Notes under the pieces: generated by a model
Seen by the model: only the letters and a program-made list of their open reading frames with translations
What the model was told of the DNA's origin: nothing
The model's database searches: none
DNA from: Malacoraja senta
Taxonomy: Eukaryota
Length of the DNA stretch: 64,000 bases
Direction: 5' to 3'
Assembly: GCA_038087875.1 (NCBI GenBank)
Contig: CM075997.1
Coordinates: forward strand, 434,001-498,000
In this document: positions 51,654-64,000 of the stretch, one piece after another
Numbering within the stretch: the stretch's first letter is position 1
Layout of the letters: every line of letters starts with the position of its first letter
Translations under genes and position numbers: made by a program

Positions 51654-52548
51654 CATCCATGTTCTCTAGAGATATTGCCTGACCAGCTGAGTTACTCTAG
51701 CACTTGGTATCCTTTTGTGTAAACTGTCAAAGGAGGTAGTTGATGCAGGTACTGTAACATCTGCAAGACACTTGGACAGGTAGAGATAGGAAAGATTTAG
51801 AGGGATGTGGGCCAAAAGCTGGCAAATGGGACTGGAGTAGATCGGCATCTTGGTTGGCATGTACAATTGGACAAACACCAATGGATATTTTTAAGGCGGA
51901 GATTGACAGATTCTTGATGTGTAAGAAGGAACTGCAGAAGCTGGTTTAAACTGAAGATAGACACAAAAAGCTGGAATAACTCAGCAGGACAGACTGAAGT
52001 CATTCTCTTAGAGATGCTGCCTGTCCCGCTGAGTTACCCCAGCATTTTGTGTCTATCTGACAGATTTTTGATTATGGGGAGAAGGCAGGAGAATGGGTTG
52101 GGAGCGAAAGACAGATCAGCCATAGTCTGAAGAAGGGTTTCGGCCCAAAACGTTGCCTGTTTCCTTCGCTCCATAGATGCTGCTGCACCCGCTGAGTTTC
52201 TCCAGCATTTTTGTGTAGCCATGTTAGAATAGTGGGGTAGAGTAGCGCTTAATGGCCTCATTCTGCTCATAGAAATTATGGACATTGACTTATGGATGAG
52301 TTGGGCCGAAGGGCCTGTTTCTGTGCTCTATGTCTCTATCTTTACCTAATTGTATTCATTAGACTGAAGTCTGAGTCTGAAGAAGGGTCTCGACCCGAAA
52401 CTTCACCTATTTCCTTCGCTCCATAGATGCTGCTGCACCCGCTGAGTTTCTCCAACCTTTTTGGTCTACCTTCGATTTTCCAGCATCTGCAGTTCCTTCT
52501 TAAACAATGTATTAATTAGACCAATTCTTTAATACATTTCAGTACTCA

Positions 52549-52986
<438 letters not shown>

Positions 52987-55900
52987 TCAACAATATCAGC
53001 AGCAGCTTCTGCAATGAAAGCTATTAAGTCCTGATTTTCCTGGAGTCGATTCTCAGAGAGAAATCAGTGGAGGAATAATAAAATCTGCAGATGGGTTGCA
53101 TGGGTAGGATGGGCCAAATGGCCTCCCCTGTGGTGTGGTGAGATTCTTACCTCCACAGTCTTTTGGACGCTGCTTTACTCATTCTCACAAACACACACAC
53201 ACACACACACACAGTTTCCCTCGGGTAAACTCATTTTCCACACTTACTTTCTCAAACACTCATGTTCTCACTCTTTCTCACACACACGCACTTCCTGCAC
53301 TCTTACTCGCCCTCACACACTTTCACTGTCCACACTCACTCTTGTACACCTACTCACTTTCCCCCAAACACACTCACTTTCCTCACTAAAACACTCCCTT
53401 TCTCACACGCACTCTCTACCACACACACTCACTTCCCACTCACTTTTTCACACTCATTCTTGTTCCACACTAACTTTCTTAGACCATCTTTCACCCGTTC
53501 ACACTAGTTCTATGTTATCCCACTTTCTCACCCACTCCCTGCACACTAAGCACTATCAAGGACACATGCACTATTCCATACTAACCCCATTTTACTCTCC
53601 CCCACATTCCCATCAATTCAAGTGAAAATGTTGCCTCTCATGTTCCGATTAAATCTTTCCCCTCTCACCTTAAACATAGAAATAGGTGCAGGAGTAGGCC
53701 ATTCAGCCCTTCGAGCCAGCACCGCCATTCAATGTGATCATGGCTGATTATCCACAATCAGTACCCAGTTCCTGCTTTCTCCCCATATCCCTTTATTCCG
53801 CTAGCCCTAAGAGCTCTATCTAACTCTCTTTTGAATGCATCCAGTGAATTGGCCTCCACTGCCTTCTGAGGCAGAGAATTCCACAAATTCACAACTCTCT
53901 GGGTGAAGACGTGTTTCCTCATCTCAGTTCTATATGGCCTCCCCTTATTCTTAAACTGTGACACCTGGTTCTGGACTCCCCCAACATCGGTAACATGTTT
54001 CCTACATCTAGCTTGTCCAATCCCTTAATAATTTTATATGTTTCTATAAGATTAAGGATAAGGAGATTTAAGAATAAGGAGTAAGCCATTTAGAACAGAG
54101 ACGAGGAAACACTTTTTCTCACAGAGAGTGGTGAGTCTGTGGAATTCTCTGCCTCAGAGGGTGGTGGAGGCAGGTACCTCTGGATGCTTTCAAGAGAGAG
54201 CTAGATAGGGCTCTTAAAAGTAGCGGAGTCAGGGGATATGGGGAGAAGGCAGGAACGGGGTACTGATTGGGGATGATCAGCCAAGATCACATTGAATGGC
54301 GGTGCTGGCTCGAAGGGCCGAATGGCCTACTCCTGCACCTATTGTCTATTGTCTATAAGATCCCCTCTCATCCTTCTAAATTCCAGTGAATACAAGCCCA
54401 GTCATTCCATTCTTTCATCATATGACAGTCCCGCCATCCCCGGACTTAACCTCGTTAACCTACGCTGCTCTCCCTCAATAGGAAGAATGTCCTTCCTCAA
54501 ATTTTTCCTTCAACCTGTGTCTTCTGGTTCTTTATTTTCCTACTCATGGTAAAAGACTATGCATGCTCCGTATCAATTTCCCCTCATAATTGTATACACC
54601 TCTATAAGATCACCTCTCAGCCTCTTGCGCTCCAAGGAATAAAGTCCTAGCCTGGACAACCTCTCCCTGTAGTTCGGCCCCTTCAGTCCTGGCAACAACC
54701 TCGAGTCTATGTGCAGGAAGGAACTGCAGATACAGGTTTAAACCGTAGACACAAAACGCTGGAGCAACTCAGCGAGCGGTTCATACAGCATCTCTGGAGA
54801 AAAGGAATAGGTGATGTTTTGGGTCTGAAGAAGGATCTCAACTCAAAACGTCACCTATTCCTTTTCTCCAGAGATGCTGCCAGACCCGCTGAGTTACTCC
54901 AGCTTTGTGTCTGCCTGATTTAAATCTTTTGATGTGTTCCCTGTCCCTCTATGATCCCTACAGTCTATTTTCTGTTGTGGAAACATAGAATCTAGTTCAC
55001 AGAAGGGCTGCTCCACATACAGAGTGATCACAGACTGGAACGCCGGTAACCTACTTTACCGCATCTTATATCGAGAACAGGTCGGCGTGGAAGGTAAGGT
55101 TCCAGCAGTCTGCTTGCATGAGAGGATTGTTGATGCTTCTGGTGGGTTTTTGTGCCTGTGAGACTCAGAGTTTAGCTCCGTTCGTACAGAATTCAAAGAG
55201 ACGTGTGTGAATAGGATGAGTGAATAGGAATCGCAAACAGTCTTTCCCAGATAGTGACAATGACAACAACAATGTGTATAAAATCATGAGAGGAATAGAT
55301 CAGTGTAGATGCACAGAGTGTCTTGCCCAGAGTAGGGGAATCGAGGACCAGAGGACATAGGTTCAAGGTGAAGGGGAAAAGATTTAATAGGAATCTGCGG
55401 GGTAACATTTTCACACAAAGGGTGGTGGGTGGTGGGTGTACGGAACGAGCTGCCAGAGGAGGTGGTTGAGGCTGGGACTATCCCGACATTTAAGAAACAA
55501 TTAGACAGCTACATGGATAGTACAGGTTTGAAGGGATATGGTCCAAGCGCAGGCAGGTGGGACTAGTGCAGGTGGGTGGTGGCTGGTGTGGACAAGTTGG
55601 GCCGAAGGGCCTGTTTGCACACTGTATCGTGACTCTATGACTAACTTGCATCTCAATGGCCCCTAAGCCATCCAGGTGAGTTGGTGCATTAAATTTGACA
55701 CTGAGCTAAATGATGTTTGAGCTGATGCATCAAACAGGTAGTTTTAAGGAGCATCTTAAAGGAGTAGGAAAGAGGTACAGAGGCTCAAGGGGTGGTGGAA
55801 GAATGGGTGGGGATCTCTCTTGTTGTGTGCTCAACTGCAAATGGTGGTGAGGTTAAATCTGGGGATGAGCAAGAGGTCAGAACGAGAGATGCGTAAAGTT

Positions 55901-56167
55901 ATCAGAGATTTGGCAGACCAGAGGCAAGCAGAGCGATGGGGAGATGTTAGACCAGGAAGGATTGCAAAACAGAGGGAAGAGTTTTAAAATTGAGGCATCG
56001 CTTCACTGGAAGCCAAAGTAGGTCAATGAGCATGGAGATGATGGGCGAACTATGCCCGGTGCAAAGTAGGACAATAATAAGGCAAAGTGTGAATAAAGAC
56101 GGCTTTTACTGGTTGGCTGCCAGTGACTAGCGGTGTTCCGCAGGGGTCGGTGCTGGGGCCACTACTC

Positions 56168-56678
56168 GCAGCGAGACTCCTGACAGGCACCCAAAAAAGG
56201 GACCACATCACCTCGATCCTGGCCTCTCTCCACTGGCTCCCTGTGCGGTTCCGTATAAACTTCAAGATCCTCCTCCATGTCTACAAAGCCCTCAATGGGC
56301 TTGCCCCCACCTACATAAAAAGTCTTCTCACCCACCACTCCACCTCCAGGCCCCTCAGATCAGCCGACTTGGGGTTGCTGAATATCCCACGGTCTAGGTA
56401 TAAGCTCTGGGGCGACCGCGCCTTTGCGGTTGCAGCCCCTAGACTGTGGAACAGCATCCCCTTTCCCATCAGAACTGCCCCCTCCATCGACTCTTTTAAG
56501 TCAAGACTAAAGACTTATCTATACTCCCAAGCCTTTCCTGACGTCCTCTGAGTGAGGGCTACATGTATATATGTATGTAGTTTGTTTTGTTGTGCTATTC
56601 TTATAACAAATGTAAAGCACTTTGGCCAACGAGAGTTGTTTTTTAAATGTGCTATATAAATAAATGTGACTTGACTTG
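56168..56678 (+). mobile_element. L2-like LINE 3' fragment with 7-bp TSD
   Basis: Encodes AARLLTG...DHITSILASLHWLPV...RAFAVAAPRLWNSIP...FKSRLKTYL, then AATAAA and a (TGACT)n tail. ACTACTC is duplicated at 56161-56167 and 56679-56685. Confidence 0.9.
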
Positions 56679-57067
56679 ACTACTCTTCACGTTGAATATC
56701 AATAATTTGGATGAAGGAATTGAAGGCTTTGCGGCCAGGTTTGCAGATGATACGAAGATATGTGGAGACGGCAGGTAGTGCAGAGGGAGCAGGGACTCCA
56801 CAGAAGGTCTTGGATAGGTTGGGAGAGTGGGCAGAGAAATGCAGATGGAATACAGCATAGCAAAGTGTGGAGTCATGCACTTTGGTAGTAGGAATAAAGG
56901 CGTAGACTATTTTATAAATGGGGAGGAGATTCAGAAATCGGAGGATTGCAGGATTTCCAAAAGGTTAATTTGCCAGTTTAATTGGTAGTAAGGAAAGCAA
57001 ATGCAATGTTGGCATTTATTTCAAGAGGACCAGAATATAAAATCAGGGATGTAATGCTGAGGCTTTA

Positions 57068-57386
57068 AACCCCTGTCCCACGGTACGAGTTCATTCCACG
57101 AGTTCTCCCGAGTTTGCCCTTATTCGAACTCGGAGATTTACGGTAATGGCCACTCGTCGGTACTCGGGGCTCTCGTGGACATTTTTCAACATGTTGAAAA
57201 ATCTTCACGCATCTTCCCGTGCTTACCTGTCGTTAGCGAGTCTTCCCGAGTACCTTCCGTTAGCGCTAAGAGACGTCCCCGAGCTCCGACGTACCCGCTA
57301 TGTTCATTCTCCGTGCTTACCACGAGTTTGATTTTTTTAAAACTCGTGAGAGCTCTGGGAAGGAACTCGCACCGTGGGACAGGGTA
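57068..57386. mobile_element. Non-autonomous PIF/Harbinger-type MITE
   Basis: TIRs CCCTGTCCCACGGT... / ...ACCGTGGGACAGGG with a TTA duplication, inside CR1 sequence. Confidence 0.8.
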
Positions 57387-58706
57387 TTATAAGGCACTGG
57401 TCTGACTGCGTTTGGAGTGTTGTGAGCAGTTTTGGGCCCCAGAGGAGGTTTACGAGAATAATCCCAGGAATGAGTGGGTTAACAAATGATAAGCATTTTA
57501 TAGCACTGGGCCTGAACTCGCTGGAGTTTAGAAGGATGTGGGGGGACCTCATTGATATTAACAAAGGCCTGGATAGTGTGGATGTGGAGAGGATGTTTCC
57601 ATTAGTGGGAGAGCGCAGAACCAGAGGGCACAGCCTCAGAATAAAAGGACGTATCTTTAGAAAGGAGACTAGGAGGAATTTCTTTAGCCAAAGGGTGGTG
57701 AATCTGTGGAATACATTGCCACAGACGGTTGTGGAGGCCAAGTCATTGGGTATATTTAAGGAGATTGACAGATTATTGATTAGTAAGGGAGTCAAAGGTT
57801 TTGGAGAGAAGGCAGGTGAATGGGGTTGAGAGGGGAGAGGGAAAGATAGATTAGCCATGATTGAATGGCGGAGTAGACTCAATGGACCGAATGGCCTAAC
57901 TTATGAACATAAACTTATGAATAAGCTTCCTTATGAGACCCTGTTACCTGTCTCACCAATTCTCCAAGAGTCAGGGCATCCTGGCAATTATGTGCGGATT
58001 CTATCCAGGAGACACGATAAGATGCCACAAGACATATCTCCATTCAACCAGCCGGGTTATAAACAACCAAAAAAGATGCAAAGTGCTGGAATAACTCAGC
58101 GGGCCAGGCAGCATCTCTGGAGAACCTGAATCGGTGACGTTTTACAACTCTCTCTGCCGGCTTTCTACCCTCACTGGACCTTTTTATTTCCGACTGCCGG
58201 CACGATATCCATGTCCTCCAGAGATTCTGCCTGTCCCACTGAGTTACTCCAGCACTTTGTGCCTATCTTCGGTATAAACCAGCATCTGTCGTTCTTTGTT
58301 TCCACGTTTGGGCCCTCTCACCTTGCCTGAACCCAGTGAGCAGGGCACCATCTGGGTTGTGTCTACACAGGTAGGATGCCTTCAGCTAGCGGGCCAGCAC
58401 GGGCTTTAGTATAATGTTCAGGGATACAGCAGGGAAACAGGCCCTCAGGTTCACCAACTCCACACTGACCATTGATCGCGCCTTCACACTAGTTCAATGT
58501 TATCCCGCTTTCTCATCCATTCCCGACACACTAGGGCCAATTTACAGAGGGCCGATTCACCTACAAACCCGCACGTCTTTGGAAGGTGGGAGGAAACCAG
58601 AGTACCCGGAGGAAACCCACACGGTCACAGGCAAACTCCACACAGACAGCACCCAGGGTCAGGATCGAACCCGGGTCTCCGGCACTATGAGCTCTCCCAG
58701 CTGCAC

Positions 58707-59035
58707 CACGGTGGCGCAGCGGTAGAGTTGCTGCCCTACATCACTTACAGCGCCAGAGACCCGGATTCCATCCTGATACGGATGCTGTCTGTGCGGAGTT
58801 TGCACGCTCTCCCCGTGACCACGTGGGTTTTCTCTGAGATCTTCGGTTTCCTCCCACACTCCAAAGACGTTAAGGTTTGTAGGTTAATTAATTGGCTTGG
58901 TATAAATGTAAATATTCCTTAGTGGGTAGGATAAGTATTAATGTGCGGGGATCGCTGGTCGGTGCGGACTTGGTGGGCCGAAGGGCCTGTTTCCGCGCTG
59001 TATTTCTAAACTAAACAGAACTAAAATAAAATAAA
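58707..59035 (+). mobile_element. tRNA-derived V-SINE (HE1-like), near full length
   Basis: A-box-like GGTGGCGCAGCGG, a B-box remnant, V-domain-like core (GGAGTTTGCAC...GGTTTCCTCCCACACTCCAAAGAC), CR1-like 3' end GGGCCGAAGGGCCTGTTTCC and (CTAAA)n tail. Confidence 0.8.
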
Positions 59036-62000
59036 CACTGTTGGGGACAGAGCGACCGGTGCCTGAAGTTTCAGCGCTTGTTGCCAGGCAGCAGAAACAC
59101 ACCCAACACGGAGCTGCTGGTGGCTTGGTTTAGTGTTTGTCTGTGACGCAGAATCATGAGAATGAAACCCAGCTTCAGGCGGGTAGTTTTATTAACTGTC
59201 GTCTCCAGCTCTGAGCTGTAGAACAAGGCAAAACCTAGCGTGTGACTGCACAATTAAAATGGGACGCACCAGACTGGATCCCCACAAGGATTGGGCAAGA
59301 GCAGGCTGCACTGAGAAAGGTGTGATCTCTCGTGTTACTGAGGACATTCTTCCACACTGTGACGGAGAAGGAGAGAGGGCGAGGGAGGGAGGGAAGGAGA
59401 GAGAGAGAGAGAGAGAGAAGGGGGGAGTTGAGGATAAGAGAACACAGAACATACCTCTTAACCTAGAAACATGTGCGTCTTTGGGATGTGGGAGGAAACC
59501 GGAGCAGCTGAGGTCACAGGATTAAGATGAGGGGAAAAGATTTAATAGGAATCTGAGGGATAACTTTTTCACACAGAGGTGGGTGTATGGAACGAGCTGC
59601 CGGAGGAGGTAGTTGAGGCAGGTAGTATCGCAATGTTTAAGAAACATTTGGACAGATACATGAATGTGACAGGTTTAGAGGAGATATAGGCAGGTGGGAC
59701 TAGTGTAGATGGGACAAGTTGGTTGGTTTGGGCAAGTTAGGCCGAAGAGGCTTTTTCCACGCTGCAAGACCCTATGACTCTATGACACTCGAAGAAACCC
59801 ACATGTTCACAGGGAGAACATGCAAACTACACACACCGACAGACAGCACCTGAGGTCGGGATACAACCCGGGTCTCTGGCGCTGTGAGCTCTCCCAGCTG
59901 CACCACTGTTAAGGACATAGCTTGTTGCCAGGCAGCAGAAACACACCCGACACGGTGCTGTTGACGGCTTGGTGTGGTGTTTCACTGTGACGCAGATTCA
60001 TGAAGAATGAAACCCAGCCTCAGGCGGGTAGTTTTATTAACCGTGGTCTCCAGCCCTGGGCTGTAGCACAAGGCAAAACCCACATTTACGTCAACAGGCC
60101 CGTAAACGCAATAACACACTGATAATACGTAATGATCACAACATACAATAAATTAGTCATGTTAATACTGGGTAACCATAACAGTGCACCTTTAAGATGC
60201 TTTAGATACTCACCTTGTGGACCAAGATCTACATTACCTGCTGAGCTGCTGTTAACACTTGTGTAGAAAGGAACTGCAGATGCTTGTTTAAACCGAAGAT
60301 AGACACAAAAAGCTGGAGCAACTCAGCAGGTCAGTCAGCATCTCTGGAGAAAAGGAATAGGTGACGTTTCGGATTGAGGCCCTTCTTCAGACATAATCTG
60401 AAGAAGGGCTCTGACCTGAAACGTCACCTATTCCTTTTCTCCACAGATGCTGTCTGATCTGCTGAGTTGCTCCAGCTTTTTAGAAAGATAGAAACATAGA
60501 AAATAGGTGCAGGAGTAGGCCATACGACCCTTCAAGCCATACGACCCTTCACGACTCTTCCCTTTATTAAGGGAATAACATTCCCTTAATAAAAAATGGA
60601 ACTGATGTAAATAGGCAGTTGATTGTCGTCATGGACTTGGTGGGCCGAAGTGTCTGTTCCCGTACTATATGACTCTACTTTCTAAGTTTAATGTCTTAAC
60701 TGAAACATGGAAACCCCTCAAAACCACACAGATCACTGTCTGTTGTAAATACATTTCTTATCTAAAAGGATGGGGGAGAGCAGGTTACTTTGTTTGTGTG
60801 GGAGGGGGGATTCTCTCTTTGTTGCACCTAGGATACTTAGGGTGATAAAGTGACTCATTCTGGCAATCACAACCCGCTCAGTCCCACTTTGATACCACTG
60901 TCGGCTAGGATTCCCCTCCCCTGTGGAAAGAATTCTTGCCATTTAGGTCCTCATTGATAAGTCATTCTAAGTGATACTGTTACTATTCATAGGGTAGTGC
61001 TTTGCTGGAGAGTGGGAGGTAGGGACGGTTAGCTGGGGTCTGTGGTCACAATCTCTGCCTCCAAGTCAGATGGTCCACCGACAAACATGACCCTATGATT
61101 TATTTAGAGATACATTGCGGAAACAGGCCCTTCGGCCCACTATCCTACACACACGAGGGACAACCCGGGTCTCTGGCATTGTAAGCGCTACAAGGCAGCA
61201 ACTTTAACACTGCACCACCCTGCCGCCCACTTTGGCCGACACGTTTATTGTTGTGTTGAGGGTTTGCTGAAGCCGTTATCTTTCAGGTACAAATCCTCCA
61301 GGTGCTTTTTAGATCCTATGAGTGTCTTCAGTTGAAATCTAGTATTACAAACATACTAGTTTGTTTTTCTTTAGTAACTAACCATGCAGGGAGTGGAGGG
61401 ATATGGATTATGTGCAGGCAGATAAGGGTCAGTCTTGGCATCATGTTCAGCAAGGACATTGTGGGCCGAAGGACCTGTTCCTGTCAATAGACACAAAAAG
61501 CTGGAGCAACTCAGCGGGACAGGCTGTATCTCTGGAGAGAAGGAATGGGTGATGTTTCGGGTCGAGACCCATCTTCAGACTCTGTGCTGCACTGATCCAT
61601 GTTCTAAATCTGAAATTCACTCCCTTTGCCACTACATCTCCTTTAGAAATTTAACGTCAATCCTTCCTGTTTGACCAAGCTTTTCTCCCTTGCTGAGTTC
61701 TGTCAAAGGATCTTCAACCTGAAGCATTAATCCTGCTTCCATCTGCACGGATGCTGCCTGACATTCCCAACATTTTCTCTTTTTATTTTAGATTTTCAGC
61801 ATCTGCAGTATTAAAAAAAATCATCTCCTTGGCAGATCCATTGTCAATATTTGTTGGATAACATGATGTTCTTGATGAGAAAACTAAATCCAGTTATTGC
61901 TGTCAAGTCCAAGCTAGTGTTCGAGTTTCCTTTCAGTAGGGTTGCCAGCTGTGAGATTCGAAACCATCACATCAAGACGTTGGTGAGGCCACACTTGCAA

Positions 62001-62162
62001 TCTGGAGAAGGGTCATGACCTGAAACGTCACCTATTCCTTTTCTCCAAGGTTGCTGCTTGTCCCACTGAGTCAATCTGGCACTTTGTGTCCTAAAGGGGT
62101 AGAGGAACTGAGTGGGTCAGTCACAATCTTCAGAGAATCGGTCAGAATCAGTCAGGGTTCTT

Positions 62163-62475
62163 GGGCGGCACGGTGACACAGCAGTAGTGTTGCTGCCCTA
62201 CAGCGCCGTAGACCCGGGTTCCATTCTGACCACGGCTGCTGTCTGTACAAAGTTTATACGTTCTCCCGGTGACCGCGTAGGTTATCTCTGGGTGCTCCGG
62301 TCTCCTCCCACACTCCAAAGACGTACAGGTTTGTAGGTTAATTGGCTTGGCATAAATGTAAAACTGTCCTTAGTGTGTGTAGGATAGTGTTAGTGTGCGG
62401 GGTTCGCTGTTCGGCGCGGACTCGGTGGGCAGAAGGGCCTGTTTCCGCGCTGTTTCTCTAAACTAAACTAAAACT
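62163..62475 (+). mobile_element. tRNA-derived V-SINE (HE1-like). Many further copies occur, e.g. about 2640-2865, 3510-3825, 22700-22950, 24485-24770, 30300-30590, 37815-38410, 43255-43525 and 63110-63400
   Basis: Same head, V-domain and tail architecture as the other copies. Confidence 0.8.
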
Positions 62476-64000
62476 ATTTGTAGAGTGAACGAACAGATGG
62501 ATTTTGTCATGAAATTTGGTCAGGACCCATCTTCAGACTGATGTCTAGTCCCTGCCCAGATGCTGCATGACCCGCTGAGTACTTCTACTCAAGATTCGAG
62601 CATCTGCAGTTTCTATGTCTCCATTGATTCTGCTAAATCAGTCCTTTAATTACAGACCCTCCTGCCTCTGGAACCGTTTCTACTTACCAATCAAATCCTT
62701 TCCTCACCATAGAAATATTTTGGTTCTTTTGAAGTGGAGTTTAATTCACAGTAAAAAATTTCCTAGTTCAGTTACACCCGAGCCTCCACTGAAGATCTAA
62801 TCTTGCCCACGCCATGTTTAAAAAAAAATTCACTTCCTTGACAAGACTAGCATTCATTCCCCATTCTGTTTGGCTTTGAGCAGTGTGGGAGGTGTGGGTC
62901 GGTACGGTGGGTGGGGGGGGGGGGGGGGGGGGTGGTGGTGGGTGAGTAAATCACATTCCTGAACCGCTGCAGTGTTTGTGGTGAACAGGCTCTTGTGATG
63001 TTACAAAGAACTACAAATGAAGCACAAAGTGCTGGAATATCTCAGTGGATCAAGCAGAATCTCTGGAGGATATGGATACGCGATGTCGTCTGTGGTCGGG
63101 ACCCTTACGTTTTAGAGGTACAGCGCGGAAACAGGCTCTTCGGCTCACCGAATCCGCGCCGACCAGAGATTCCCGGTACACTAACACTATCCTACACACA
63201 CTTTTACAACTTTACTGAAGCCATTTAACCTATAAATCTGTACATCTTTGGAATGTGGGAGGAAACTGGAGCAACTGGAGAAAACCCACGCGGTCACGGA
63301 GAGAATGTACAAACTTTGTACAGACAGCACCAATAGTCAGGATCGAACCCGGGTCTCTGGTGCTGTAAGGCAGCAACTCTATTGCTACGCCAATGTGCCA
63401 CTCTTCAGTAGTAGTGGAAAGAAAGCTGGAAGGGAGGTAGGGGCGGAACAAAGCCCAGCACTCTCAAACACCTTTCTCACTCAAATCTTGTCAAAACCTC
63501 TCATTTGTCTCCTTTGTTGCACCTTCCTGTATCCAAGGCACAGTGGCGCAGCAGGTAGAGCCGCTTCCTCACAATCCCAGAGGCCTAGGTTCGATCCTGA
63601 CCTCGGGAGCTGTACATGTGGAGGTTACAAGTTCTCCCTGTGACTGTGTGGGTTTCCACTGAGGGCTCTGGTGTCTTCCTGCATCCCCAAAACACACAGG
63701 CTTGTAGGTTAATTGCTGTAAATGACCCCTAGTGTCTAGAGAAAGTGGTATAACATAGAACTAGTGTGAACGGATGGACTTGCTGAAACAAATAGCCTGT
63801 TTCCATGTTTTGTCTTTAAACCCCAACCGAATAACATTTAGTGCAAGATTAAGTCCAGTAAAGTCCGATCAAAGATAGTCCGAGGGTCTCCAATGAGGTA
63901 GATAGTAGCTCAGGCCTGCTCTCTCTCTAGTTGTTGGTAGGATGGTTCAGTTGCCTGATAACAGCTGGGAAGAAGCTGTCCCTGAATCTGGAGGTGTGTG

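Larger units (their letters stand above)
56095..57900 (+). mobile_element. Degenerate CR1-like LINE (RT to 3' end) hosting two nested insertions
   Basis: WLPVTSGVPQGSVLGPLL resumes after the first insertion as FTLNINNLDEG...FADDTKI. 3' ORF at 57374-57829. Confidence 0.85.

Noticed and set aside
58707..58790. tRNA genes
   Set aside because: The A/B-box sequences are SINE heads followed by V-domain and LINE-like tails, with no full cloverleaf.

Overview
Repeat-rich vertebrate genomic DNA, most likely from a cartilaginous fish (skate or ray), judged from its V-SINE/HE1-like and CR1-like repeats. It has two 200-N assembly gaps (14224-14423, 51299-51498). Three genes are recognisable. (1) The 3' end of PPP1R37 (+): last two coding exons and a probable long 3'UTR exon. 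(2) Most of CLASRP/SFRS16 (+): CpG promoter near 12.6-12.8 kb and 16 phase-consistent coding exons from 16944 to 49925. The first two coding exons, and probably the last, are lost in the gaps. (3) Coding exon 1 of a proteasome alpha-6-type gene (-), probably the PSMA6-like paralog, with an ISRE-like motif about 35 bp upstream of its ATG. Introns hold CR1, Rex1-like and L2 LINE fragments, V-SINEs, Harbinger-type MITEs and satellites. The most interesting signal is a very abundant inverted-repeat element with 14-17 bp TSDs and a minimal hammerhead-ribozyme core (CUGAAGA-stem II-GAAACGUH), consistent with a Penelope-like retroelement derivative. Also notable is a 4-nt tandem splice donor in CLASRP that switches to a truncated or NMD isoform. 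Gene and repeat identities rest on recalled homologues, not on database searches. Exon numbers follow the human genes as I recall them.
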